Part shown: positions 8,693 to 17,176 of the stretch, piece by piece | How positions within the stretch are numbered: position 1 is the stretch's first letter | Layout: each line of letters begins with the position of its first letter | Virus record (IMG/VR): IMGVR_UViG_3300033480_000010 | Span: 1-39,210 of that record | Direction: 5' to 3' (one strand) | Source: a virus | Lineage: Duplodnaviria > Caudoviricetes | DNA: 39,210 nucleotides | Notes under the pieces: model-generated | Databases searched by the model: none | The model's input: the letters and a program-made list of their open reading frames with translations, nothing else | Told to the model about the DNA's origin: nothing | Program-made: the position numbers and the translations under genes

Positions 8693-9931
8693 ATGGCCTC
8701 TACAATCGTAACGTTCGCTGCATTCATGAAGACTCGGTACTCCCCCGACAAGGTGGAGGACCTCACCATGCGGGAGCATCCGTGGCTGGCGGAGATCCCC
8801 AAGGACACGGAAGGGGCGGGCGACAATGAGATCGTTCCCCTCATTTACGGCAATCCCCAGGGCGTTTCGAACACCTTGAGCGATGCCCAGGGCGCGGCGA
8901 CGAACATCGCCGGGAAGAAATTCACGCTCACCTACGGTGACCTATCGGGCTCCGTGAGCATCGGGCACAAGGCGATCGTCAGCTCACGCAACAACATCGG
9001 CGCGTTCCTTCAGAACAAGACCGCCGAGGTCGATGGCCTGCACGAGACGTTCGGAGACATGATCGACCTGGCGCTCTGGAGCAACGGCTCACTATCGCTC
9101 GGGGTGTGCTCGGCGCTCGACACCAATGCCGTCACGCTCACCAATCCTGCCGACGCCTTCAATTTCGACGTCGACATGAAGGTCCAGTCCTCGAGCGTGG
9201 ATGGCTCGGATGGCAGCACCGCACCGAATGCTGGATCCACCACCGTGTCTGCGGTGGACAGAGTGGCGGGCATCATCCACCTCGTGAGCGCGGCAGGGAT
9301 GACCGGGTTCGGGGCCACCGACCACCTATTCCGCTACGGCACGTACTACGGCAACACCGGTCACTGGACGATGGCCGGCGTCCCGGCGTTCATCGCATCG
9401 AGTGAGACGCCTGCGAATCTCTACTCGATGGTACGCACCACCGACCCGGTCAGACTCGCAGGATGCCGAGTGCCGGCGGCTGTGGTGGCTGGCCTCAGTA
9501 TCGAGGCGCGCCTCAAGAAATTGGGCGCGTACATGGTCGGTCGCTACCAGGCGAAAGGCCTCGATTGGGGCGCGCTCCACCCTGAGGATTTCGAGGTGCT
9601 CGAAACTGGTCTGTCCGCGCGCGGTATTCGCCCGCTCGAGGACTCCACCACCCAATTTGGGTACAAGGCCATCCGCCTCGTCGTGCAGAACTATGAGGTG
9701 CCGTTCTACAGCGTCCCGCGCTGCCCGAAGGGTACCGGGTACATTTTCAACAAGAAATCCTGGAAGTTGAAGTCCGTGGGCCAGCTCATTCAGCAGCCGC
9801 TGAACGAGGTGGGCCTGCCCCTGTTCCCAGCAGCCACCACCAACGATTTCGAGCTCCGGCTCGTGTCGTATCCCGCAACCGTGTGTCGCGCCCCCGGCTG
9901 GAACGGCCGCGTGGACCTCGGCACCGTCTAG
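8693..9931 (+). CDS. Major capsid protein
   Basis: 412 aa after scaffold; pattern typical of phage MCPs (EHPWLAEI..IVPLIYG; C-terminal CPKG..YIF..CRAPGWNG); AAGGA SD. Confidence 0.82.
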   Translation: MASTIVTFAAFMKTRYSPDKVEDLTMREHPWLAEIPKDTEGAGDNEIVPLIYGNPQGVSNTLSDAQGAATNIAGKKFTLTYGDLSGSVSIGHKAIVSSRNNIGAFLQNKTAEVDGLHETFGDMIDLALWSNGSLSLGVCSALDTNAVTLTNPADAFNFDVDMKVQSSSVDGSDGSTAPNAGSTTVSAVDRVAGIIHLVSAAGMTGFGATDHLFRYGTYYGNTGHWTMAGVPAFIASSETPANLYSMVRTTDPVRLAGCRVPAAVVAGLSIEARLKKLGAYMVGRYQAKGLDWGALHPEDFEVLETGLSARGIRPLEDSTTQFGYKAIRLVVQNYEVPFYSVPRCPKGTGYIFNKKSWKLKSVGQLIQQPLNEVGLPLFPAATTNDFELRLVSYPATVCRAPGWNGRVDLGTV

Positions 9932-9944
9932 ACTAGTAGGTCTT

Positions 9945-9981
9945 CCCCCGGGGAGCGTCTTACGCGGCCACTCCCCGGGGG
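9945..9981 (+). terminator. Stable hairpin after capsid gene (attenuator or RNA-stabilising; no U tract)
   Basis: Perfect 11-bp inverted repeat CCCCCGGGGAG / CTCCCCGGGGG. Confidence 0.55.
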
Positions 9982-10029
9982 TTGGCCGAATTCCCAAGCC
10001 AACCGAAAACCCAAGCAAGCGAGAATCTC

Positions 10030-10419
10030 ATGGCAGTCAACTTTGGAGACCAGCTCCGCATCCCCGTGCAGGGAGCGCCGAGCGACTCATCCGCATCCAA
10101 CCTCGAGCCCGTGTGTGTCAACGCGGTGTTCGGCACTTCCGGCGCCATCGCCAGCTACTCGGGCCGCGCCGGCGCCGTCGTGGCCAAGCCATCAGGCACC
10201 GGTGTCTACACGGTTACGATCCCTCAGGCCAAAAAAGTGTACGTCTCCGGCATCACCTACTTCGATGCCGCCGGGACCGGGAAGCTCATCCCAACGGCCA
10301 AGAGCAAGTCGACCACCGTGGTGACCATCGTCACCTCCGCCGAGGGAACCGGAACACTCGCACCCGCCGACGCAGTCTCGGGTGACTCGATCGACGTCTG
10401 CCTCTGGGTGGAGTTCTGA
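10030..10419 (+). CDS. Virion structural protein (possible capsid decoration), beta-rich
   Basis: ATG at 10030; Thr/Gly/Ser-rich; directly after MCP. Confidence 0.65.
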   Translation: MAVNFGDQLRIPVQGAPSDSSASNLEPVCVNAVFGTSGAIASYSGRAGAVVAKPSGTGVYTVTIPQAKKVYVSGITYFDAAGTGKLIPTAKSKSTTVVTIVTSAEGTGTLAPADAVSGDSIDVCLWVEF

Positions 10420-10814
10420 TGATGATTGCCCTGGGGGACATCCGCAGAGTCACTGCGGTCGCATCCGCTCCTGTCACAGGGAGCGGCACCGTGCTCGTAT
10501 GGGTGCGGTGGGACATCGGAGCGGATGGGTCGGTGGACTACTCCCGCTCCAACGTCCAGGACGTGAGCGTGCGCAAGGAAGCAGCCGATGGCACCTACAC
10601 GGTCGAGGTTCCAAAGATGCGCGATTGGGGAGCATTGGCGGCAACGATCATCGAGTCAGAACCAGGCACGAAGGTATCGCTCCGGGCCGCTTCGGATTCG
10701 ACGTTCGTCGTTCACTGCTACAGAACCGCGATCCAGGGGCAGGTTATCTCGTACGAGCTCGCAAACCCGCTGCCTGGAGACCAGCTCAACCTGTCGTGCT
10801 GGGGAGAATTCTGA
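10419..10814 (+). CDS. Virion structural protein, apparent paralog of the previous gene
   Basis: GTYTVEVPK vs GVYTVTIPQ; C-termini PGDQLNLSCWGEF vs SGDSIDVCLWVEF. Confidence 0.65.
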   Translation: MMIALGDIRRVTAVASAPVTGSGTVLVWVRWDIGADGSVDYSRSNVQDVSVRKEAADGTYTVEVPKMRDWGALAATIIESEPGTKVSLRAASDSTFVVHCYRTAIQGQVISYELANPLPGDQLNLSCWGEF

Positions 10815-11035
10815 TGCCTGAGAAACGAGAGAAAGCTCCTGGGCTCGCGGTGCTCGTCGGGGTCGGCAAGGCCAAGCCGGCCCCGAAGGGCATGGGGGGC
10901 ATGGGCATGGGAGAGATGGGCGAGGACATGGGTCCGTCGCCTGAGTTCGAGTCCGCTGCACTCGAGGCGTTCCCGGACTTCACGCCCCAACAAGTCTCGG
11001 CTCTCTACCGCGCGATTCGCGCCTGCGAGGATTAG
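10814..11035 (+). CDS. Small hypothetical protein (73 aa), Met/Gly-rich
   Basis: TGATG-coupled start MPEKREKAPG...; fills gap. Confidence 0.65.
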   Translation: MPEKREKAPGLAVLVGVGKAKPAPKGMGGMGMGEMGEDMGPSPEFESAALEAFPDFTPQQVSALYRAIRACED

Positions 11036-11038
11036 GCC

Positions 11039-12094
11039 GTGGAGACTGCCACGCTCACCGCTCTGCTCACCCGGGTCCGTCGCATGGCGGACGTCGAGTC
11101 GTTCACGGCGCGTTACCCCGATGCGATGCTGACCGACTGGATCAACGAGGGGATCATCGCCTACCGGGAGCTCATCGGAGGGCGTGGCAGTCGAGTGCTG
11201 AGAAGCCTCGCACCCAAATCTCTCGTGTTAGGAGGCTGGACCCTCATCGATGCTGATTGCTCGTCCAGCACGCCGGTGACCGGACTCTCCGGGGAGACGA
11301 AAGTCATCGACGGAATCACTGCCGTGGATGGCACTCGGGTGCTGCTCCTGCTCCAGGCTGATGCCACTGCGAACGGTGTGTGGGTCGCGCACTCGGGTGC
11401 GTGGACTCGACCCACGGACTTCCCCACCGGCGGCGACGCATCCACCATCCTGGTCCACGTCACTCGAGGCACGGTGCTAGTAGGAACGTACTGGATCGCC
11501 CCGGGGGTATCGGCCGTGATTGGTACGGACGAGCTCGCGTTCGAACAGAGGACACAGCCTCCTGGTACCGGAGCGCAGTACGTATCTCTCGGTGGACTCG
11601 ACTGGACGCGCATACGATCGGTGTCCCTCCAGGACGACGACAGTACCCTCTACTACGAGGTTCACGAGGCGGTGCGCGACCGAGACCTCGTCATGCACGA
11701 GGGGACCGAGGCGGGACGCCCCGAGCGGTACTGGATCGACGGTGCCAATGGCCTGATGCACTTCGCGCCACCGAGCGACCGAGAGCGTCCGGTGCGAATT
11801 GTCTACGAACCGTCAGTCCCTGCGCTTGCCAGCGGCTACGACTCGTTCCAGAGTCTGATCCCTCGTGGAGTGGAGTTCGTGGCGCTCGTAGCGGCCAAAA
11901 AGCTGTTGGCACGTGACCAGAACACGGACGGGTACGCGCTCGTGCAGAGCGAGTATGTCGAGTGCCGGCAGTCGATCCTGGACTCGGTGTCCAGTCACAC
12001 AGGCGGGGTACGGCGCCGTCGGGATACTCGGTCCGAACGCGATCGGGACTTGAAGGCCATCGAACCATGGGTTTGGCCTGACTGGCCCGACTAG
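11039..12094 (+). CDS. Head-tail adaptor (tail tubular A-like) with ~100-aa inserted domain
   Basis: TLTALLTRVRRMAD..LTDWINEG N-terminus and GRPERYW..LMHFAPP typical of adaptors; insert 11246-11548. Confidence 0.75.
   Translation: METATLTALLTRVRRMADVESFTARYPDAMLTDWINEGIIAYRELIGGRGSRVLRSLAPKSLVLGGWTLIDADCSSSTPVTGLSGETKVIDGITAVDGTRVLLLLQADATANGVWVAHSGAWTRPTDFPTGGDASTILVHVTRGTVLVGTYWIAPGVSAVIGTDELAFEQRTQPPGTGAQYVSLGGLDWTRIRSVSLQDDDSTLYYEVHEAVRDRDLVMHEGTEAGRPERYWIDGANGLMHFAPPSDRERPVRIVYEPSVPALASGYDSFQSLIPRGVEFVALVAAKKLLARDQNTDGYALVQSEYVECRQSILDSVSSHTGGVRRRRDTRSERDRDLKAIEPWVWPDWPD
11246..11548 (+). repeat. Inserted ~100-aa domain, copy A (in adaptor)
   Basis: IDGITAVDGTRVLLLLQADATANGVWVAHSGAWTRPTDF..ILVHVTRGT..W..VIGTDELAF. 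Confidence 0.85.
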
Positions 12095-12101
12095 GAGCGC
12101 C

Positions 12102-12908
12102 ATGGATCCGCTCGACCTCAGGCTCGACGAGAATCCGCCCAACCTCGATGGTACTGGGCGGTTTTTGGTTCGCCAGCTGCAAGAGCTAAAGGTGTGGGGG
12201 CAGCGCTTGCTGGCCAACCTTGCGCGACGCTGGACACCACGGAGCGAGACCTCGGCGACCATCTATTGCCAGCCATGGGACCACGTGAGAGTCGGAGCGG
12301 ACGTCACCACGATCCGCCTTCCCGACCCGGAATCGTGCCCCGGGGCGACCATCGTGCTCACGGCCGAGACGGAGTTTGCGGCTTCCGTCGTGTCCACCGG
12401 CGGATACCACGTGGATGGCGAGTCCTCGCTCCTGCTGTCGCCGGGCTGGGCATGGATCGACTTCACGAGCTACGGGGCTCCGGTCGTGACGGCTTCCGGG
12501 GTTCGCGGTGGGTGGCGTTCGAGGCGTGCCGAAAACGTAGCGACGCGATTGGTGGATGGTATCCTGGTCTCCGAGCTCGGTGACACCGGAGTGACCACGG
12601 ATGCCAGCACGTGGACCACCATCCTGACTGTTCCAGCCGTGGTCGGCCTGTCCGGAAAGTTCTGCTACATCGACGGCCACGTGCTGTGTGACAGCTACGA
12701 TCCGCCAGCACCGGCCTGGGCGGCTCAGTATACGATCATTACGCGCTCGACCGGGCTTGAATACCTGCATATTGCAGTCTCCGGAGTGACGCTCGGTACC
12801 ACATTTCGAGGCCTGGCATCGGGCAACGATCTGCTGATCCAGGTCAAGGGACCCGAGGCGGCCACGCACACGTGGATTGCGCGTGCGACCGTCGATGTGA
12901 GGGCATGA
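12102..12908 (+). CDS. Tail-associated structural protein
   Basis: AGGAG SD; TIRLP..G.TI..VDG motif seen in fibre/baseplate proteins; position in tail block. Confidence 0.6.
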   Translation: MDPLDLRLDENPPNLDGTGRFLVRQLQELKVWGQRLLANLARRWTPRSETSATIYCQPWDHVRVGADVTTIRLPDPESCPGATIVLTAETEFAASVVSTGGYHVDGESSLLLSPGWAWIDFTSYGAPVVTASGVRGGWRSRRAENVATRLVDGILVSELGDTGVTTDASTWTTILTVPAVVGLSGKFCYIDGHVLCDSYDPPAPAWAAQYTIITRSTGLEYLHIAVSGVTLGTTFRGLASGNDLLIQVKGPEAATHTWIARATVDVRA

Positions 12909-15900
12909 TGGGCCAGAAGCGCACGCTCCAGATCCCGCTCGCGAAGGGGCTCGACGAGCGCATCAGCAAGAAGATCCTTCCGGACGGGACACTGAGCGTC
13001 CTGCACAACTCCCGGATCGACAAGCTCGGCAAGGTCGTGCGGCGCCATGGGTGGGGCACTTTCCCCGATGACGGCATCGCCGAGACCGACCCCTACGCGG
13101 TGTCCAAGACGGTTTGCCCGCTCGGAATCACCGAGGCGGATGGCTCGCTGAATCTGCTGACCACGCGCCGCATGTACCGACTCGCCCCCGGAGAGGTTTC
13201 GTGGACTGGGATGGGGCCAGCCGACGGAAGGCCCGCGGCAACGACGCCCGTCGAAACGCTCGACGTGCCAATTGCGACCTGGGCAGTCGGGGGGAACGTG
13301 GCCGGCACCACCCGAAAGGGCACTGCCGAGAGCCATTGCGCGGCCATCGTCTGCGACGTCACCGGGAACGTTGCGGGCAGCTACGTGCTTCTCGCCTCGC
13401 GCAGCATCGCCTATGACGAGTCCGCCGACGGCTACAAGCGCGGCATGGGCTACGTGCAGCTCACAGGATACCGCACGTGGGTCGACGACTTCGGCATCCG
13501 GCACTGGGAGCAGCTCTTCACCAAGAGCTTCACAACCTACCCGTCGATGCAGCTCCGGGTGTGGGCCGTGGGCGATTCGCTCGTCGCCGGGTGGTATTCG
13601 GTTGAGGATGAGGGGGACACTTACTGCCTCTATCTCGCCCGGTGGGCAGCGAGGTCGACCCCATTCACCGCTCCCAGTGCCACCCGCATTGCCGTCGCAG
13701 AGTCGGCGAGCGAGTACATCGATTGGGACGTCGCGGTGCCGACGACGGCGTACGAAGCGGGTGGGCAGGACTGCTTCTTTATTTCGGCGCTGCTCGGCAC
13801 GGCAACCTGCAAGGCATGGCTGCTCCAAGAGGACCTCACGGTCTATCTGAGCGTCACGCTTGCGAGCCCCGGTGGTGGTTTCGTCGCGAACAAGCTGTGC
13901 TGCTGCTGGGCGCAACCCACCGGCTACAATCTGCTCTACGTTTTCTGGACGCAGTCGAGCTCCGGAACCATGAGCCGCGGAGGATGGGAACTATCACCCG
14001 GCATCGAGGTCGACCTCTACACGACCAGCGGACCCGACCCGGCCGTGGGCGGGCTGCCCGTCATCGACGGCGTGCAGACTGTGGCTGGCGATCGGGTGCT
14101 GCTGAATAATGGCGCGGACAACAAGCAGGGCGTCTGGAGGGCGGCGAGCGGTGCGTGGACTAGACCGAGTGACTACGCCACGGGAAAGTATTTCTCTCGC
14201 ATCCTGGTCCACGTGACGGCGGGCACGACCTACGCGGATACGTGGTGGCACGCACCCACAGATCCTGGGGTAATCGGCACGGATCTCCCCGACTTCTCCG
14301 TGCAGTCCGAGGCGCTGAAGGTGGTCAAAACCATCTCGGACTGGCCGACGACGACCGAGCTCACCCACCAGATGGTTGCGCACCACTCGCTGGTCGATAG
14401 CGGGAGTGTCGTCGTCTGGACGATTGATGCCAACTCCACCACGGCCCCCGAGATCCGATACTGGCACGCCGTCGCGCACAAGTTTCACCAAGTGCTCGGA
14501 ACCTTCACGAGCTCGACGATCAGCCTGGCCCCGGGAATGCTCGCATCGAAGGTGTTCGCGTGGGACGCCCGCGACGTCGCCTGGTGGCTCACGGTGCCTC
14601 CCGAGCCCACCACCATCGAGGTCTCCGCGGTGGAAGCCCTCGCCAATAAATCGCTCGTCGAGGCCCCCTCGTCAATCGATGGCGTGACGCTCACCAACGG
14701 GATGCTGGTGCTCCTGACCCAGCAGACTGACACCACCGAAAACGGGGTGTACCAGTACGTGGAGTCGACCAACGACCTCACCCGTCCAACCTCGTTCCCG
14801 ACCGGTGGAAACGCCAAGGAAATCCTGATCAAGGTCACGGGAGGCGCAGTTTACCCGCACACTCTTTGGTACCAGACACTCAGCCCGGCCATCATCGATA
14901 CCAACATCCTGAGCTTCGTGCGGGACGGTACGAACGGGGGGCTCCAGGACTACTCAGACCGTCACTACGTACTCGCGCTCACCGAGCCAGACTTCGGCAA
15001 TTTCACCCCGCTTGCGATAGTCTCGCCGCATCAAGCCGCCGAGTTCAGCGATGCCTTCGGAGGATCTGACAGCACTGCGCTCGGAACGGCGTGGCCTTGC
15101 GACCATGCTCTATGGGAGCCGACGGACTGGTTCTGGGCGAACATCGAGGCCATTCGCGGAAACACCGAGCAGTACCCCGAGATGGCGCCCCGCATCCACG
15201 CATGGCATCAGACGCCGGTCATGCGGGCTCCGCTCGAGGTCAAGGACCGCATGGTGTTTGCCGCCCAGGGGCTCTCCCACTGCTACGGAGATTCGGGACC
15301 CGAGGAACTGGCGATCATCAACGGACCGGGCCCGATCGCGGTCCGGGCTGTGACTGCCTCTACCAGCACGCTGTTCCCGGCGGGCACGTACAGCTACCGG
15401 GCAGTCTACAGACTGGTCAGGCATGACGGGTCCACCCTGAGGTCGATCCCGAGCCCTTCGGTGACGCTCACGGTGGGAGCGGGCATGGGCACCGTGTGGA
15501 TTGCGATCCGCACCCCGCGCCTGACGGTGCTCACGGATGAGGCCGGGTCTCTGCTTTCGATCTACGCGGACATTTACCGGACCGAGGAGGGGCCCGGCGC
15601 GAACTGGCACCACCTCGGGTCGGCCGTCATCGGCACTGACAACACCGCGGCAAACCTGCTGTTTTACGACGATTTTAGCGTGCGCAACACGGACATCGTC
15701 ACGCGTGAGCTGCTCTACACGCTCGGAACCAGCGACATTCCAGCTGTCACCACGCCGAGCTTCAAGGTCATTGTGCTGCACGGTGGACGCATCTTCGGAG
15801 CGCATGGGCGGCGCCTGCACTACTCGACCCAGCAGGCCTCGCTGAGTGCACCCTACTTCCCTGCCGGTGGGTACCTCGAGTTCGAGGATACGATCACCGC

Positions 15901-17173
15901 GCTCGCCTCGGTCGAGGCGGGACTCGTGGTGTTCGCGCGCACGAAGACCTGGCTTCTACAGGGCACTGGGCCGGGACCAGATTTGCAGCCGTTCTGGCCA
16001 GTCCCGCAATTGCTAGCGCGCGACGTCGGGTGCGTTTCGCAGGCCAGCATCCTGAGCTGGCGCGACGGGCTGTTCTTCCAGAGCGATCGAGGGATCGAAG
16101 CACTCCGGAAGAACGGGGCGATTGAGACCATCAGCGAACCGGTGCGCGACCAGCTCGCGAACTACCCGATCGTCCGCAAGGTCGTGGATGCCGACGACGA
16201 GAACCAGATCCGCTGGCTCTGCTCGAGTGCCGGGTGCTACCCCAGCGCCACCACCAGCATCTGGCTCTGCTGGGACAGCACCTTCGATCAATGGTCCACC
16301 GAGAGCGCCCGGGGCACCCTCGATTGCTCGACCCTAGCGTCGACAACTGCCGGTGTGCAGAGCCTGATGGCGATGACACGGGAGTCCGCGGGCGGAGTGA
16401 ATCTCTACAACCGCGCCGGTTGGTACGATGACGACGCATCCCCAGAGGACTTCCCGTCGCGCACGCTGACCACCGGGTGGATTCGTCCGGGCGGCATCGG
16501 TGGATGGGGGAGGCTACGCCGGCTCCGCCTCCACGGAGACACGCCTGCGTACGATGCGAGCGTTGAGGGAGAGACGGTTACGGTTACGGTCAAGCAGCAC
16601 TCTGAGGCGGACGTGGAGGTCTCGTCGACCCACACGCTGGTGGTGTCCTCCCCATCGGTTGGTGCAACAGCCGAGCAAGTGCTTATCGAGCTGGCGCCAA
16701 CGAACCAGCAGTGCTCGGAGTTCGCAGTCACAATCGTGCAGAGCCTGCCGCAAGACCTAGACCACCCCGCCATTACTGCCACCACCTCGGCCTCGACGAA
16801 CATCACACTCTCGGGAGGCCAGACCATCGATGGGGCAACGGTAGTCCCGGGCGCCGGGCACCGGGTGCTCTGCCTGGGCCAGACCGATCCGAAGCAAAAT
16901 GGGCTCTGGCTCGTGAACTCCGGGGCGTGGACCCGCCCGACTGATTTCGCCGTTGGCGCGCTCGCGAACGTCAACGTGGTGTTCGTGGACTATGGCTCCG
17001 TGCGCGGCAACACCTATTGGCTGGACACCGAGGCCGACATCATCGGCACCGACAATCTGAGCTTCACGCAGCAGTATTTTCGAGGTGGCGAAGGCACGAG
17101 CTGGAATGCCATCTCGTTCGATTGGGAGGACGTCCCGCACCGTCCCCGCACCACCACCACCCTGAGGGCATGA
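12905..17173 (+). CDS. Tail nozzle / tubular-B-like protein with three inserted repeat domains
   Basis: LQIPLAKGLDE..NSRIDKLG..RRHG N-terminus; propeller-like HGGRIF, ITALAS, VGCVSQASI..GLFFQSDRGI..ISEPV; ATGA overlap at 12905. Confidence 0.72.
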   Translation: MMGQKRTLQIPLAKGLDERISKKILPDGTLSVLHNSRIDKLGKVVRRHGWGTFPDDGIAETDPYAVSKTVCPLGITEADGSLNLLTTRRMYRLAPGEVSWTGMGPADGRPAATTPVETLDVPIATWAVGGNVAGTTRKGTAESHCAAIVCDVTGNVAGSYVLLASRSIAYDESADGYKRGMGYVQLTGYRTWVDDFGIRHWEQLFTKSFTTYPSMQLRVWAVGDSLVAGWYSVEDEGDTYCLYLARWAARSTPFTAPSATRIAVAESASEYIDWDVAVPTTAYEAGGQDCFFISALLGTATCKAWLLQEDLTVYLSVTLASPGGGFVANKLCCCWAQPTGYNLLYVFWTQSSSGTMSRGGWELSPGIEVDLYTTSGPDPAVGGLPVIDGVQTVAGDRVLLNNGADNKQGVWRAASGAWTRPSDYATGKYFSRILVHVTAGTTYADTWWHAPTDPGVIGTDLPDFSVQSEALKVVKTISDWPTTTELTHQMVAHHSLVDSGSVVVWTIDANSTTAPEIRYWHAVAHKFHQVLGTFTSSTISLAPGMLASKVFAWDARDVAWWLTVPPEPTTIEVSAVEALANKSLVEAPSSIDGVTLTNGMLVLLTQQTDTTENGVYQYVESTNDLTRPTSFPTGGNAKEILIKVTGGAVYPHTLWYQTLSPAIIDTNILSFVRDGTNGGLQDYSDRHYVLALTEPDFGNFTPLAIVSPHQAAEFSDAFGGSDSTALGTAWPCDHALWEPTDWFWANIEAIRGNTEQYPEMAPRIHAWHQTPVMRAPLEVKDRMVFAAQGLSHCYGDSGPEELAIINGPGPIAVRAVTASTSTLFPAGTYSYRAVYRLVRHDGSTLRSIPSPSVTLTVGAGMGTVWIAIRTPRLTVLTDEAGSLLSIYADIYRTEEGPGANWHHLGSAVIGTDNTAANLLFYDDFSVRNTDIVTRELLYTLGTSDIPAVTTPSFKVIVLHGGRIFGAHGRRLHYSTQQASLSAPYFPAGGYLEFEDTITALASVEAGLVVFARTKTWLLQGTGPGPDLQPFWPVPQLLARDVGCVSQASILSWRDGLFFQSDRGIEALRKNGAIETISEPVRDQLANYPIVRKVVDADDENQIRWLCSSAGCYPSATTSIWLCWDSTFDQWSTESARGTLDCSTLASTTAGVQSLMAMTRESAGGVNLYNRAGWYDDDASPEDFPSRTLTTGWIRPGGIGGWGRLRRLRLHGDTPAYDASVEGETVTVTVKQHSEADVEVSSTHTLVVSSPSVGATAEQVLIELAPTNQQCSEFAVTIVQSLPQDLDHPAITATTSASTNITLSGGQTIDGATVVPGAGHRVLCLGQTDPKQNGLWLVNSGAWTRPTDFAVGALANVNVVFVDYGSVRGNTYWLDTEADIIGTDNLSFTQQYFRGGEGTSWNAISFDWEDVPHRPRTTTTLRA
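14003..14305 (+). repeat. Inserted ~100-aa domain, copy B (in nozzle)
   Basis: IDGVQTVAGDRVLL..QGVWRAASGAWTRPSDY..ILVHVTAGT..WW..VIGTDLPDF. Confidence 0.85.
14615..14923 (+). repeat. Inserted ~100-aa domain, copy C (in nozzle)
   Basis: IDGVTLTNGMLVLLTQQTDTTENGVY..LTRPTSFPTGG..ILIKVTGG..W..IIDTNILSF. Confidence 0.85.
16772..17074 (+). repeat. Inserted ~100-aa domain, copy D (in nozzle)
   Basis: NITLSGGQTIDG..HRVLCLGQTDPKQNGLWLVNSGAWTRPTDF..VFVDYGS..YW..IIGTDNLSF. Confidence 0.85.
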
Positions 17174-17176
17174 GCA

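Noticed and set aside
11246-17074. Inserted domains as inteins, introns or DGR repeats
   Set aside because: No Cys/Ser start or His-Asn end, frames are uninterrupted, no reverse transcriptase in the window, and DNA copies are highly diverged
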